64,000 nt of DNA from positions 1,952,001 through 2,016,000 of the forward strand of contig OZ244252.1 in assembly GCA_965217185.1 (NCBI GenBank), given 5' to 3'. Below, piece after piece: positions 18,066 through 27,979 of the stretch (the first letter of the stretch is position 1; each line of letters opens with the position of its first letter). Made by a program: the position numbers and the translations under genes. Origin of the DNA: an uncultured Candidatus Entotheonella sp. (GTDB taxonomy: Bacteria > Tectomicrobia > Entotheonellia > Entotheonellales > Entotheonellaceae). The notes beneath the pieces are model-generated. The model was not told the origin of the DNA. It searched no databases and worked only from the letters and a program-made list of their open reading frames with translations.

Positions 18066-20237
18066 ATGATGCTGACCATTGATTCAGTTGTCACCGCAGT
18101 TGAGCAATATCATCCACAAGCGGACACGGATCTGATTCGCCGCGCCTATCTATTTGCCGCAGAAGCCCACAAGCATCAAAAACGCAAATCCGGCATCCCC
18201 TACATTTCACATCCCTTGGAAGTCGCGTCTATTCTGACCGAGTTGCAAATGGACGCCATGACCATCGCCAGCGCGCTGCTACACGACACCATCGAAGATA
18301 CCGACGCCGGCGAGGAACAGATCGCGTCGGACTTCAGCCCCGATGTCGCCGCCCTCGTCTCCGGCGTTACCAAGCTGAGCAAGCTCGATTTCTTCAGCCA
18401 AGAGGAACGGCAGGCCGAGAGCTTCCGCAAGATGCTGGTTGCCATGGCCAAGGATATCCGGGTGATTCTGGTCAAGCTCGCTGACCGGCTGCATAACCTG
18501 CGCACTCTGGAACACATGGCGGGCCACAAACAACGTCTCGTCGCCCGCGAAACGCTGGAGATCTACGCGCCTTTGGCTCATCGTCTCGGCATTACCTGGA
18601 TGAAGGCCGAGATGGAAGACCTTTCCTTCCTCTACCTGCACCCGCGGGCGTACCAGGAAATCGAGGCACAGTTCACAGGCGAGCAGGACGCGAGCGAGCG
18701 CTACTTGGCACAGGTGCAGGAAACGGTAGCCAAAGAACTCACGCAGATGAGAATCGACTGCCGGCTTTCCGGACGGCCCAAGCATTACTACAGCATCTAC
18801 CAGAAGATGCAGCGCCAGCAATTGCCGTTCGAGGAAGTCCACGACCTGCTGGCCGTTCGGGTCATCACCGACACGGTGCGCAACTGTTACGCCATCCTGG
18901 GTATCATCCACGCCCTCTGGAAGCCCATCCCCGGACGCTTCAAGGACTACATCGCCCTCCCTAAACCCAACATGTACCAATCCTTGCACACCATCGTGCT
19001 GGGTCCCGAGCGCCAGCGCATCGAGTTGCAGATTCGCACCGAGGAGATGCACCGCACCGCGGAAGAAGGTATCGCAGCGCATTGGCATTACAAGGAACGC
19101 GGCTCAACCGAAGAGAACGAAGAGTATTTTGCCTGGCTGCGGCAATTGATCGAATGGCAGCAGGATCTCAAAGACCCTATCGAGTTCATGGAAACGGTCA
19201 AGATCGACATGTTTCCGGAGGAAGTCTACGTCTTTACCCCGCGCGGCGAGGTGAAGACGTTCCCGCGCGGCGCCACGGCAGTGGATTTCGCCTATTCCGT
19301 GCATACCGACGTGGGTCACCAGTGCACGGGCGCCAAAGTAAACGGCCGCATGGTGCCGCTGCGTTATCAATTGCGCAACGGGGATACGATCGAAGTCCTT
19401 ACCTCTACCTCCCACGTGCCGAACCGCGACTGGCTGCGCTGGGTCGTCACGCCACGCGCTCGGACGCGCATCAAGGCGTGGCTCAAGTCGGAAGACAAAG
19501 AAAGAAGTATCGCCTTGGGCATGCGCAACCTGGAACACGAAATCCGCAAGTACACGCCGAATCCTCAGCCCTATGTGAAGACGGACGTCCTACTCGCCGC
19601 TGCCCCGGCGTTCGGCTGCCATCGAGCCAACGATCTGCTGGAAGCCGTAGGTTACGGGCGCGTGTCAGCCCTGCAAGTCGCGCATCGTTTGCTACCGTCG
19701 AACCTCATCAAGGAGAAAACGAAGCAGGGTAAGGCGGTGGCACCGTCCGGGCGACAGCAGCCGCGCAGCGAGGGGGTGAGGGTGCACGGGCTTACCGACG
19801 TTCTCATCAATTTCGCCCGCTGCTGCAGCCCCCTCCCCGGTGACCGCATCGTCGGGTACGTGACGCGTGGTCGCGGCGTCAGTGTTCACACCACGGACTG
19901 TGAAAGCACGCGAAAGCTGGAATACGACGCAGAAAGGCGTACCTCGGTGTCGTGGGACGATGCTGCCGAGACCCTGCACCCTGCGGCAATCGCCCTTGTG
20001 ACGCACGACGAACAAGGGGTGCTGGCAAACGTGAGCGCCGCTGTTTCAGCGTGCAAGGTGAATATCAGCCGGTTCCACACAACGACCACCATGGAGAAGA
20101 AAGCCTACATGGACATAACGGTCGATGTCCGTGACGTGAACCATCTGAACGAAGTCATTCGCCGGATTGAAGGCGTTCGGGGCGTGCTTTCGGTAGAACG
20201 CGCCAGGAATGTCAGGCGGGGCAATTGGCATACGTAA
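18066..20237 (+). CDS. rel: Bifunctional (p)ppGpp synthetase/hydrolase Rel/SpoT
   Basis: Intact HD motif (LLHDTIED), RFKD synthetase motif, YQSLHT, TGS (DFAYSVHT), CC..P..GD and ACT domains. Confidence 0.95.
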   Translation: MMLTIDSVVTAVEQYHPQADTDLIRRAYLFAAEAHKHQKRKSGIPYISHPLEVASILTELQMDAMTIASALLHDTIEDTDAGEEQIASDFSPDVAALVSGVTKLSKLDFFSQEERQAESFRKMLVAMAKDIRVILVKLADRLHNLRTLEHMAGHKQRLVARETLEIYAPLAHRLGITWMKAEMEDLSFLYLHPRAYQEIEAQFTGEQDASERYLAQVQETVAKELTQMRIDCRLSGRPKHYYSIYQKMQRQQLPFEEVHDLLAVRVITDTVRNCYAILGIIHALWKPIPGRFKDYIALPKPNMYQSLHTIVLGPERQRIELQIRTEEMHRTAEEGIAAHWHYKERGSTEENEEYFAWLRQLIEWQQDLKDPIEFMETVKIDMFPEEVYVFTPRGEVKTFPRGATAVDFAYSVHTDVGHQCTGAKVNGRMVPLRYQLRNGDTIEVLTSTSHVPNRDWLRWVVTPRARTRIKAWLKSEDKERSIALGMRNLEHEIRKYTPNPQPYVKTDVLLAAAPAFGCHRANDLLEAVGYGRVSALQVAHRLLPSNLIKEKTKQGKAVAPSGRQQPRSEGVRVHGLTDVLINFARCCSPLPGDRIVGYVTRGRGVSVHTTDCESTRKLEYDAERRTSVSWDDAAETLHPAAIALVTHDEQGVLANVSAAVSACKVNISRFHTTTTMEKKAYMDITVDVRDVNHLNEVIRRIEGVRGVLSVERARNVRRGNWHT

Positions 20238-20240
20238 GGA

Positions 20241-20435
20241 CTAAGCGGGCTTGCGTACCTTGCCGGACCGCAGGCAGCGCGTACAAACCTTCATGCGTTT
20301 GACGTGGCCGCTGGCCGTCTGCACCCGCATCTGCTGCAGGTTGGGATTCCAGCGCCGGTTGGTGAGATTGTGAGCGTGGCTGACATTATGGCCAAATCGT
20401 GGTCCCTTACCACACATGTCACAGCTTCTGGCCAT
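20241..20435 (-). CDS. rpmB: 50S ribosomal protein L28 (zinc-binding type)
   Basis: CDMCGK...GHNVSHA...RRWNPNLQ...[11 protein letters not shown]. Confidence 0.97.
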   Translation of the reverse strand: MARSCDMCGKGPRFGHNVSHAHNLTNRRWNPNLQQMRVQTASGHVKRMKVCTRCLRSGKVRKPA

Positions 20436-20558
20436 GGCTGCTTCCTTTCATACCCGAAACCGTACGTTGTCTTTGCTGATCCCGAAAAGCGAGCGCCAAA
20501 GCTAGCACATTCTCCCTGGGGCCGCAACAACGTACCGTGACCGCCACGTGAGCCTGCG

Positions 20559-23024
20559 ATGACGGACGTCCGTACCCACCTGAGCCGTCTCGACAAACCC
20601 CTGCAATACGCCACGCGCAATGACTTCGCCAACTTGTCCAAGTTGCGTGAACTGGAACCGTTCGTCAAGCACCAGATCCAGGCTATGCAGTCATTGCCGC
20701 TGCCAGCCTCGATGCCCGCTCTGTTGACGCAACTGGCGGAAACGGTTGTGGGATTCGACGACCTGACATTGACCGAGAAACGGCCGCGCGCGCAGCAAGC
20801 CGCGCAGATTCTTTCCCGCCTGCACGCCTTGTCGGACCGTGCCGACGCTCCGCCAGCCCCCGTTCCGCCGCCCAAACCAACCGCCACACCCACGCCGGCA
20901 CCCGCCGCCGTTTCCGAGGATCCCCTGGCCCAGCCAGTACAATTCATGCGCGGCGTCGGGCCGCGCCGCGCCGCCCTGCTTGGCAAACTCTCCCTGCACA
21001 CCGTAGGCGATCTACTGTGGTGCCTGCCCGTGCGCTACGAAGACCGCCGCAACATTACCCCCCTGGGCATGCTGCAGGCCGGCACCCGGCGGACGTTCTG
21101 CGGCACGGTAACGGCCTTCCAACTGCACCCCACGTCACGCGGCAAGTCCTTTGCGACCCTGCGCCTGGAGGATTCCAGCGCTCCACTCACCTGCAAATGG
21201 TTCCAGCACCGCGGCCTTGCCCTGCAAGAGCGCTTTCCCATCGGCGCGCGTGTGGTCGGCAACGGCCTCATCGCCTTCAATCGCTATGACGGCAACCGTG
21301 AAGTGGTTCATCCCGACCTCGAAACGCTGGAAGCCGATGATACCGAGCTGGTTCACTTTGGCCGTCTGGTGCCGATTTACCCGCTCACCGCCGGGCTGAC
21401 CCAGAAGAACATGCGGAGCCTGATGCACAACACCGTGGAGACCTTCGTGCCGCTGATCCGCGAGACGCTGCCGCAATCGGTCTGCACCGCTCACCGGCTG
21501 CCCGTCTTGGAGCAAGCCATGCGCGGGGTGCATTTCCCGGACGACAACAGCGACCTTGCAGCCCTCAATGAGCAGCGGACCGCCTTTCACACTCGCTTGG
21601 TATTCGAGGAATTCTTTCTGCTCGAGCTCGGCCTGGCCATCCGCCACCGCGAGGTCCGCAACACACGCCGCGATAAACACTACGACCGGCCGAACCACCT
21701 CGGCGATGCGCTGCTAAAACATTTACCGTTTCAACTCACCGTCGCCCAGCAGCGCGTGCTGGACGAAATTCTCACCGACATGCATCGGCCCTTCCCCACG
21801 AACCGCCTCATCCAGGGCGACGTCGGCAGCGGCAAGACCATCGTCGCTCTGCTCGCCATGCTGCTGGCAGTGTCCAACGGCCAGCAAGCCGCCCTCATGG
21901 CGCCGACGGAAATCCTGGCGGAGCAACACCTGGCAACGCTGCGCGCCCTGTTACAGCATCTGGACCTCGAGGTGGCGCTGCTCACCGGCACGGTCAAAGG
22001 CCGTAGCCGCCAAAAACTGCTTCAGCGCATCGCCGATGGCGAGGTATCCGTGTTGGTCGGCACCCACGCCCTGTTGTACGAGAACGTCCAGTTCCACGGC
22101 CTCGGCATGATCGTCGTGGACGAGCAGCACCGCTTCGGCGTCATGCAGCGTGCCGGCCTGCGACAGAAGGGCCTCCGGCCCGACGTGCTGGTGATGACGG
22201 CCACGCCAATTCCGAGAACCCTGGCCATGACCCTGTACGGCGACCTCGATCTGTCCATCCTCGACGAGTTGCCCCCTGGCCGCCTGCCGGCCAAAACCGT
22301 CCTGCTCAGCGAAAAACGCCGCGAACACGCTTACGACGTGGTACGCCGCGAGGTCGACAAAGGCCACCAAGCCTACATCGTCTACCCGCTCATCGAGGAA
22401 TCCGAAAGCCTCGACCTCGGCGCCGCCGCGGCCATGGCCGAGCACCTGCGGCATGCGGTGTTCCCGGAATACGAGGTCGGCCTGCTGCACGGACGCCTGG
22501 CCGCCGAGGAACGGGACGCCGTCATGCGGGCGTTTGTGGAAGGGCGGCTACACATTCTGGTGTCCACCACTGTCATCGAGGTCGGCGTCGATGTCGCCAA
22601 CGCCACCGTCATGCTGATTGAAAACGCCGAACGGTTCGGCCTGGCGCAACTCCATCAGTTACGCGGCCGCGTCGGGCGGGGCACCGCGCGCGCCACCTGC
22701 CTGCTGCTGCCGGGCCAAAAACTCAGCCGCGAAAGCCGCCAGCGGTTGAAGGTCATGCAGGAAAGCACGGATGGGTTTTACGTGGCCGAGCAGGATTTGC
22801 AGATTCGCGGGCCGGGGGAATTACTGGGGACGAAACAGTCGGGACTGCCGGAATTGCGCGTCGGCAATATCCTGCATCACGGCGTGTGGTTGGAACGAGC
22901 GCGGCAGTCGGCGTTCACGTTGCTCGACGAGGACCCCCACTTGAGCCGGGAGGAGCATCGCGCCTTGTTGCAAGCCGTACAAACCCGCTGGGGCCGTCAG
23001 TTTGAATTGGCGACGGTCGGTTAG
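20559..23024 (+). CDS. recG: ATP-dependent DNA helicase RecG
   Basis: QGDVGSGKT, DEQHRFG, MTATPIPRTL, QLHQLRGRVGRG, RGPGE; N-terminal extension with Pro-rich linker. Confidence 0.96.
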   Translation: MTDVRTHLSRLDKPLQYATRNDFANLSKLRELEPFVKHQIQAMQSLPLPASMPALLTQLAETVVGFDDLTLTEKRPRAQQAAQILSRLHALSDRADAPPAPVPPPKPTATPTPAPAAVSEDPLAQPVQFMRGVGPRRAALLGKLSLHTVGDLLWCLPVRYEDRRNITPLGMLQAGTRRTFCGTVTAFQLHPTSRGKSFATLRLEDSSAPLTCKWFQHRGLALQERFPIGARVVGNGLIAFNRYDGNREVVHPDLETLEADDTELVHFGRLVPIYPLTAGLTQKNMRSLMHNTVETFVPLIRETLPQSVCTAHRLPVLEQAMRGVHFPDDNSDLAALNEQRTAFHTRLVFEEFFLLELGLAIRHREVRNTRRDKHYDRPNHLGDALLKHLPFQLTVAQQRVLDEILTDMHRPFPTNRLIQGDVGSGKTIVALLAMLLAVSNGQQAALMAPTEILAEQHLATLRALLQHLDLEVALLTGTVKGRSRQKLLQRIADGEVSVLVGTHALLYENVQFHGLGMIVVDEQHRFGVMQRAGLRQKGLRPDVLVMTATPIPRTLAMTLYGDLDLSILDELPPGRLPAKTVLLSEKRREHAYDVVRREVDKGHQAYIVYPLIEESESLDLGAAAAMAEHLRHAVFPEYEVGLLHGRLAAEERDAVMRAFVEGRLHILVSTTVIEVGVDVANATVMLIENAERFGLAQLHQLRGRVGRGTARATCLLLPGQKLSRESRQRLKVMQESTDGFYVAEQDLQIRGPGELLGTKQSGLPELRVGNILHHGVWLERARQSAFTLLDEDPHLSREEHRALLQAVQTRWGRQFELATVG

Positions 23025-23032
23025 GACTGGCT

Positions 23033-23536
23033 TCAGCCCCGCGCGATATGAGCCATGTGCGCCAGTTCGGGCAGAATCAGCTTTTTCATGGCCAAGCGTA
23101 CCGCGGCGCTTGACCCTGGCATGGAAACGATGACCGTGCCATTGGCGACCCCAGCGGTGGCCCGGCTCATCATTGCCGCGGCGCCGATCTCGTCGTAGCT
23201 CAGGTAGCGAAAAAGCTCGCCGAAGCCCGTCAACTCCTTCTCCAGACAATCTCGCACCACTTCATACGTGCCATCGCGCGACGACAGGCCCGTACCGCCG
23301 CTCAGCAAAACGGCGTCGGTGTCGGCGTCCTGGATGTGATGCCGCAGCAGGCGCCGGATGTCGTCGGGCTCGTCCTTGACGATGCAATAGGCGTGAACGA
23401 CATGGCCCGCCTGTGTAAGGGCGTCCTGCATCAACCGTCCGCTGGTGTCGGTTTCCGGCGTGCGGGTGTCGCTGACCGTGATGACCGCGCAGCGGATGCC
23501 ATCGGCGGCCTGCTGCCGGTGTTCCTGGTGGCTCAT
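23033..23536 (-). CDS. moaB: Molybdenum cofactor biosynthesis protein MoaB/Mog family
   Basis: ITVSDTR..ETDTSG, GGTG..RD.T, GFGELFR, SRA.AG, PGS. Confidence 0.88.
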   Translation of the reverse strand: MSHQEHRQQAADGIRCAVITVSDTRTPETDTSGRLMQDALTQAGHVVHAYCIVKDEPDDIRRLLRHHIQDADTDAVLLSGGTGLSSRDGTYEVVRDCLEKELTGFGELFRYLSYDEIGAAAMMSRATAGVANGTVIVSMPGSSAAVRLAMKKLILPELAHMAHIARG

Positions 23537-24048
23537 GGTCGATTTCCGTTTGCAAAAGGGGGAAAAGGGCCGAGGCGCGTCACATCGCCCTGATCCGGCA
23601 AGGCGGCGATGATCTGGCGGATGGGCTCGCCCGACGGCAAATGCAGATCCGGTTCAAGCTCGCTGAGGGGAACGAGCACGAACAGCCGTTCGCTCAAGGC
23701 TTTGTGGGGAATATCGAGAAAGGGCTTGTGCACCTGCAGGGCGTCGTAGAGCAGGATGTCGACGTCGATGACTCGCGGACCCCACCTGATTGCAGGCTCG
23801 CGCCCCAACCGGCTTTCGACGGCCTGCGTGATGGCGAGCAAGGATTCGGGGGCCAAGGTGGTGTGCACCCGCGCGACGGCGTTCAGGAAGGCGTCCTGCG
23901 CGGTGAGGCCGACCGGGGCGGTCTCATACAGCGACGAGAGGGCCTGCACGGCGATGGCCGGATGCTGGTGCAAGAGGCCGCAGACACGCGCGAGGTGCTG
24001 CTCGCGGTCGCCGAGGTTGGAGCCTAATCCGAGGTAGACGACTGCCAT
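23533..24048 (-). CDS. folK: 2-amino-4-hydroxy-6-hydroxymethyldihydropteridine diphosphokinase
   Basis: YLGLGSNLGDR, SSLYET.P, FLNAV, WGPRVIDVDIL, IPH. Confidence 0.95.
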   Translation of the reverse strand: MAVVYLGLGSNLGDREQHLARVCGLLHQHPAIAVQALSSLYETAPVGLTAQDAFLNAVARVHTTLAPESLLAITQAVESRLGREPAIRWGPRVIDVDILLYDALQVHKPFLDIPHKALSERLFVLVPLSELEPDLHLPSGEPIRQIIAALPDQGDVTRLGPFPPFANGNRP

Positions 24049-24416
24049 GATTCCTGCGAGCGTTCGATGTCGACGCCGACGTAGTCCAGCACGCTCCCCT
24101 TCAACGACACGTGCGGCTTGCGGACGCATATCCGCACGCCGTCGGGGGCAAACTGCTTGCCGATCTGCATCGCCAGCGTCTCGGCGAGTGCCTCGATGAG
24201 GTCGAACCGCTCCTCCTCGGCGATGCGTTTCACCAGCTTGTAGACCTGCGCGTAGTTGATCGTCTGCCCCAAGTCGTCACTCAACCCCGCCGGGCGCGCG
24301 TCCACCCGCAGCGCAACATCGACCTCGAAGCGCTGCCCGAGGGCCTTCTCTTCGGGGTTGACGCCGTGGTAGGCGTAAAACTGCATGTTGCGGAGGTGGA
24401 TGGTGTCGCGGTTCAA
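24024..24416 (-). CDS. folB: Dihydroneopterin aldolase
   Basis: FYAYHGV..EE..LGQRFEVD, TINYA, LIEALAE; probable TTG start. Confidence 0.93.
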   Translation of the reverse strand: MNRDTIHLRNMQFYAYHGVNPEEKALGQRFEVDVALRVDARPAGLSDDLGQTINYAQVYKLVKRIAEEERFDLIEALAETLAMQIGKQFAPDGVRICVRKPHVSLKGSVLDYVGVDIERSQESWQSSTSD

Positions 24417-24444
24417 GGGGTTGTCTCGGCGTGAGGAGAGGGCA

Positions 24445-25038
24445 TCAGCGGCTGACGACCAGCGACATGAATTCACTGCGGGTGGCCTGATCGGTCTTGA
24501 ACGAACCGCGCATGGCCGAGGTGACCATCAGCGAGCCGGGTTTCTTGACGCCGCGCATGGTCATGCAGGTGTGGGAGGCTTCCACGACAATGCCGACGCC
24601 GTGCGCGTCCAACTCATCAATCAACAGGTCGGCAATTTGCGCCGTCATGCGTTCCTGCACCTGCGGACGGCGCGCAAATACTTCGATAACACGGGCAATT
24701 TTGCTGAGCCCGACGACCCTGCCACGCGGAATATAGGCAGCGTGCACCCGGCCATGAAACGGCAGCAAATGGTGCTCGCACATGGAGTGAAACGGCACGT
24801 CCTTCACCAGTACCATCTCATCGTGCTGCTCGTCGAACACCACCTGCAGGTAGGCGCGGGGATCTTCGTGCAGCCCCTGGAAGAACTCGCCATACATCCT
24901 GGCGACCCGGCTGGCCGTGTCCTTCAGCCCCTCGCGGTCGGGGTCGTCGCCGATCGCTTCAATGATCATTCGCACGCCGGCGGCGATTTTTTCCTGATTG
25001 ATCACGCCGTTCACTGCCGCGGCGTCAGCTTGCTGCAT
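24445..25038 (-). CDS. folE: GTP cyclohydrolase I
   Basis: [30 protein letters not shown]. Confidence 0.96.
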   Translation of the reverse strand: MQQADAAAVNGVINQEKIAAGVRMIIEAIGDDPDREGLKDTASRVARMYGEFFQGLHEDPRAYLQVVFDEQHDEMVLVKDVPFHSMCEHHLLPFHGRVHAAYIPRGRVVGLSKIARVIEVFARRPQVQERMTAQIADLLIDELDAHGVGIVVEASHTCMTMRGVKKPGSLMVTSAMRGSFKTDQATRSEFMSLVVSR

Positions 25039-25521
25039 CGCATGGTCTCCTGGAGTTGACATTGGGACGTTGAAGGCGTTCACCTTACAGGCTTTTCCGG
25101 CGAGCTGCAAACGGCTGCGCCTTGAGCCAAAGCCAATATTATCCCTCGGGCCCGGCCGCCTCAGCCATCCGACACCACAACGGCTTCCGACTTCGTACTC
25201 GCCGCAAACGGCTGATACAGCAGGCGTTCGGGGTGCATTTCGGGGCGCATATGGCGCCTATATTGATTTGGAACTGTTGCGCCGCCCGTAGCCCATGATC
25301 GTCGCCCTGAGCCACATGGCGGCCTCGATGAAAAGGGTTGATGGCGACATGGGAAGCGGTTATTCGCACACCGCCAGCTTCTCAAGCTGTGTGAAATCGC
25401 CGTTTTCGTATTTCGTAACGGTAGGCTGCGACATCATCCGCGTTTGCGGATTGATCTGACGACGCCGCATCATAGGTGTCAGCCCAAGTTCGACTTCCGG
25501 CAGATGGCCGCCATTCCAACG

Positions 25522-26529
25522 TCACGCGGAAAGCGCATCGTACGGGTTATCTTTCAGGTCTCGAGCCAGCATCTCCTGGTGGCTCAGCCATGCCGTGAAA
25601 TTGGCGCATATGGCGGTGTAGTGCTCGGCGTTGTCGATGTCCAGCGTGCAGCCGCCGTACGGGGTCGTCACAATGGTGAAGCGGGTGCTCAGGAGTTGCG
25701 ACAACAGGCTGCACACAGCCTGCAACGGCATGAAGATGGGCCGGGCGAGCCGGTAATCCCGCAAGCCGTAGCGGGTTAACAGGCGTGCCGCGTGCAAGCG
25801 CAGGAACGCGCCAATGAATTGCAGGGAGCCGTGCTGCTTGCCAATCAGTTCCCAACACAGCTTCAAGATGTTGTGCCATTCCTTCTGGTACCGGTATTCG
25901 TACATCTTCTCAATATAGAAACGGTTGCCCAGCCGGAAGGGCTTCACCATGTGAAGGTTGTTCTGGCGAATCTGCATGTCGCGCAGGTTGAAATACGCCA
26001 TTTGGATGCCGGGCCGGCCATGCCGCGGATAGTAAGCTCGCAGCACCTGCTCCGACGTCATGCCCAGGAAATAGTCGTACCGGGTGACATCGCAGCTTGC
26101 GACGAACGCCTCAATTTCCTGCGGGGTCGCCAGCGGGATGTCGCCCGACATGAAAAGAACTGCCTTGTCGGCCTCCGGCCTATCCAGATAGGCTTGCCAG
26201 CCGGTTTCAGGCGCGTAGTCCGGCAGGGTGTGCAGAAAACCTTGCCAGACGTTTTCGTAGAAGGTGTGGTATTGCTCTAGCAGGTGCAGGGGGCGCTTGC
26301 CCTGAAACGGGCTGTGGGGGCTGGCGAGGGCTTCTTCAAGCTGCGCGGTATCGCCGACAACAAAGATGCGGTCGGTACAGCGGGCGCGTTCGACGGCGCT
26401 GATGACGTGCGTAATGACCGGCGCGCCGGCCACGGGCAACAGGATTTTGTTGGTGCCCAGAATCGCACGGCTCGCCCGACGGTTTCCCGCCGCGATAATC
26501 ACATCGAAACGCTGAGGCGTCGGCAACAT
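25522..26529 (-). CDS. MobA-like NTP transferase / nucleotidyltransferase family protein
   Basis: IIAAG...NKILLPVAG, SGDIPL, C-terminal LDID. Confidence 0.65.
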   Translation of the reverse strand: MLPTPQRFDVIIAAGNRRASRAILGTNKILLPVAGAPVITHVISAVERARCTDRIFVVGDTAQLEEALASPHSPFQGKRPLHLLEQYHTFYENVWQGFLHTLPDYAPETGWQAYLDRPEADKAVLFMSGDIPLATPQEIEAFVASCDVTRYDYFLGMTSEQVLRAYYPRHGRPGIQMAYFNLRDMQIRQNNLHMVKPFRLGNRFYIEKMYEYRYQKEWHNILKLCWELIGKQHGSLQFIGAFLRLHAARLLTRYGLRDYRLARPIFMPLQAVCSLLSQLLSTRFTIVTTPYGGCTLDIDNAEHYTAICANFTAWLSHQEMLARDLKDNPYDALSA

Positions 26530-26695
26530 GGTCGGTTTCGTTTCCGCTGACGGATTCCAGATTGAGGTGCCTACTATACGGGGCAGCTTCCGCAGGATCA
26601 ATTGCCACGATGCCCTGCCGGTTTGTGGCGGCGCCGCGCCGCTGCTAGAATGCCGTCGCTTTGTGATTCCCGAATGGCCCGAACTGAGGAGACAA

Positions 26696-27145
26696 ATGAC
26701 GGTGCAACGTTTCTGGTCCAAGCTGAGCGGTCTCGTGGTGCTGGCGTGCATGCTGGCGGGTTGCGGCGTGCAGGCGTCCTACATGCAGGGCTGGGACCCC
26801 GTGGAGGACATCACGAACCGCTGGACAAGCGGCACCCTCAGCACCGACAAGCTGTCTGACGATGAGCGCAGCGTGTTCGAGGAATTCGGCACGCCGGACG
26901 TGCTGCGATTCTTTCGCGACGTCGAATCCCGCAAAGCCGTCTACGAGTGGATCTACATGGAACCGTTTCGCACCGTGTGGTTTATGGACGGCACGCAGGT
27001 GGACTACGTCATGGTCGATACCAACGCGTCGAGGCAAACCACCGCGGCGCGTGAGGCGCTCGCCAGGAAGCTGAGGACGGGCGGGGTATTGGCAGGAACC
27101 CTCGGCAGCGTTGCGGCGGGAACGCTTTCACTCCTCAACGAATAG
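26696..27145 (+). CDS. Hypothetical lipoprotein
   Basis: GAGGAG RBS; signal peptide with lipobox LAG-C. Confidence 0.6.
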   Translation: MTVQRFWSKLSGLVVLACMLAGCGVQASYMQGWDPVEDITNRWTSGTLSTDKLSDDERSVFEEFGTPDVLRFFRDVESRKAVYEWIYMEPFRTVWFMDGTQVDYVMVDTNASRQTTAAREALARKLRTGGVLAGTLGSVAAGTLSLLNE

Positions 27146-27186
27146 AACGGACGGCTCGTCCACCATCCTGCTACCGTCCGAAAATC

Positions 27187-27972
27187 CTACCAACGTCCGC
27201 GCGCCCGCTCCTTGCCCGGCAGCACTTCCAGGCAGGTCGTCCACCAGCCGGAGCGGATCGTCTCGACGAACGCCTCGGGCAACTGCTCTTGCCGCATGTC
27301 GCGCGCCAACGCCTCGTAGTCGTAATACACCGGAATGAACGCCACCTGCAGGTCGGGGTCGGCCGTCAGCAGGGTGTACCAGACGTGCGTCTCGCCGTCG
27401 TTCTCCGGGCGCCCGATAACGCCGACGTTCACGGCGTGCCGATCGTCCGGCAGGCGGCGATGCCACTTGATCCCCGTATGGGTGCACAACAGCACGTCCC
27501 CCTCGTAGTCGCCGCACAGCTTGCTGAGAAAGCCGTCCGGCGTCGTGCTCTCCCAAAGAAATTCGTTCACCTGCCGCGGCGAGCCGTGGGACATGTGCAG
27601 TTGGTAATTTCCCAACTGCACGCGCAGCACGTCCGGCAGGGTGCGCAACCAGCGCTTGTTTTCCTCCGAGGTGTGCCGAAAGGTGTATTCGTAGCTCAGC
27701 GCCGCGTAGTAGTTGTCGCGCGGGTCGGTGTAGCCGCAACCGCAGTCTGTCAGCCCTTCGGCCAACGAGACGTCGTAGTTACCGCGCATGACCTGCACGC
27801 CGGATTCCCGCAACAACGGATAAACACGGTCCGGGCAGGGACCGAAGCCGCCCAGGTCGCCGAGGCAGAACAGCGCCTCAGCTTGGCGCCGGCGGGCGTC
27901 CTCGATCGTCGCGGCCAGGGCCTGGTAATTGCTGTACACCCCACCGAAGACGGCGATGCGGCGATAGAACAT
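27187..27972 (-). CDS. Variant metallophosphoesterase (YfcE-like) with CGCGY motif
   Basis: GDL, GNYD, HGSP, VNVG..G.P present; first DxH motif reads GGVYSN. Confidence 0.75.
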   Translation of the reverse strand: MFYRRIAVFGGVYSNYQALAATIEDARRRQAEALFCLGDLGGFGPCPDRVYPLLRESGVQVMRGNYDVSLAEGLTDCGCGYTDPRDNYYAALSYEYTFRHTSEENKRWLRTLPDVLRVQLGNYQLHMSHGSPRQVNEFLWESTTPDGFLSKLCGDYEGDVLLCTHTGIKWHRRLPDDRHAVNVGVIGRPENDGETHVWYTLLTADPDLQVAFIPVYYDYEALARDMRQEQLPEAFVETIRSGWWTTCLEVLPGKERARGRW

Positions 27973-27979
27973 GTTGTCC

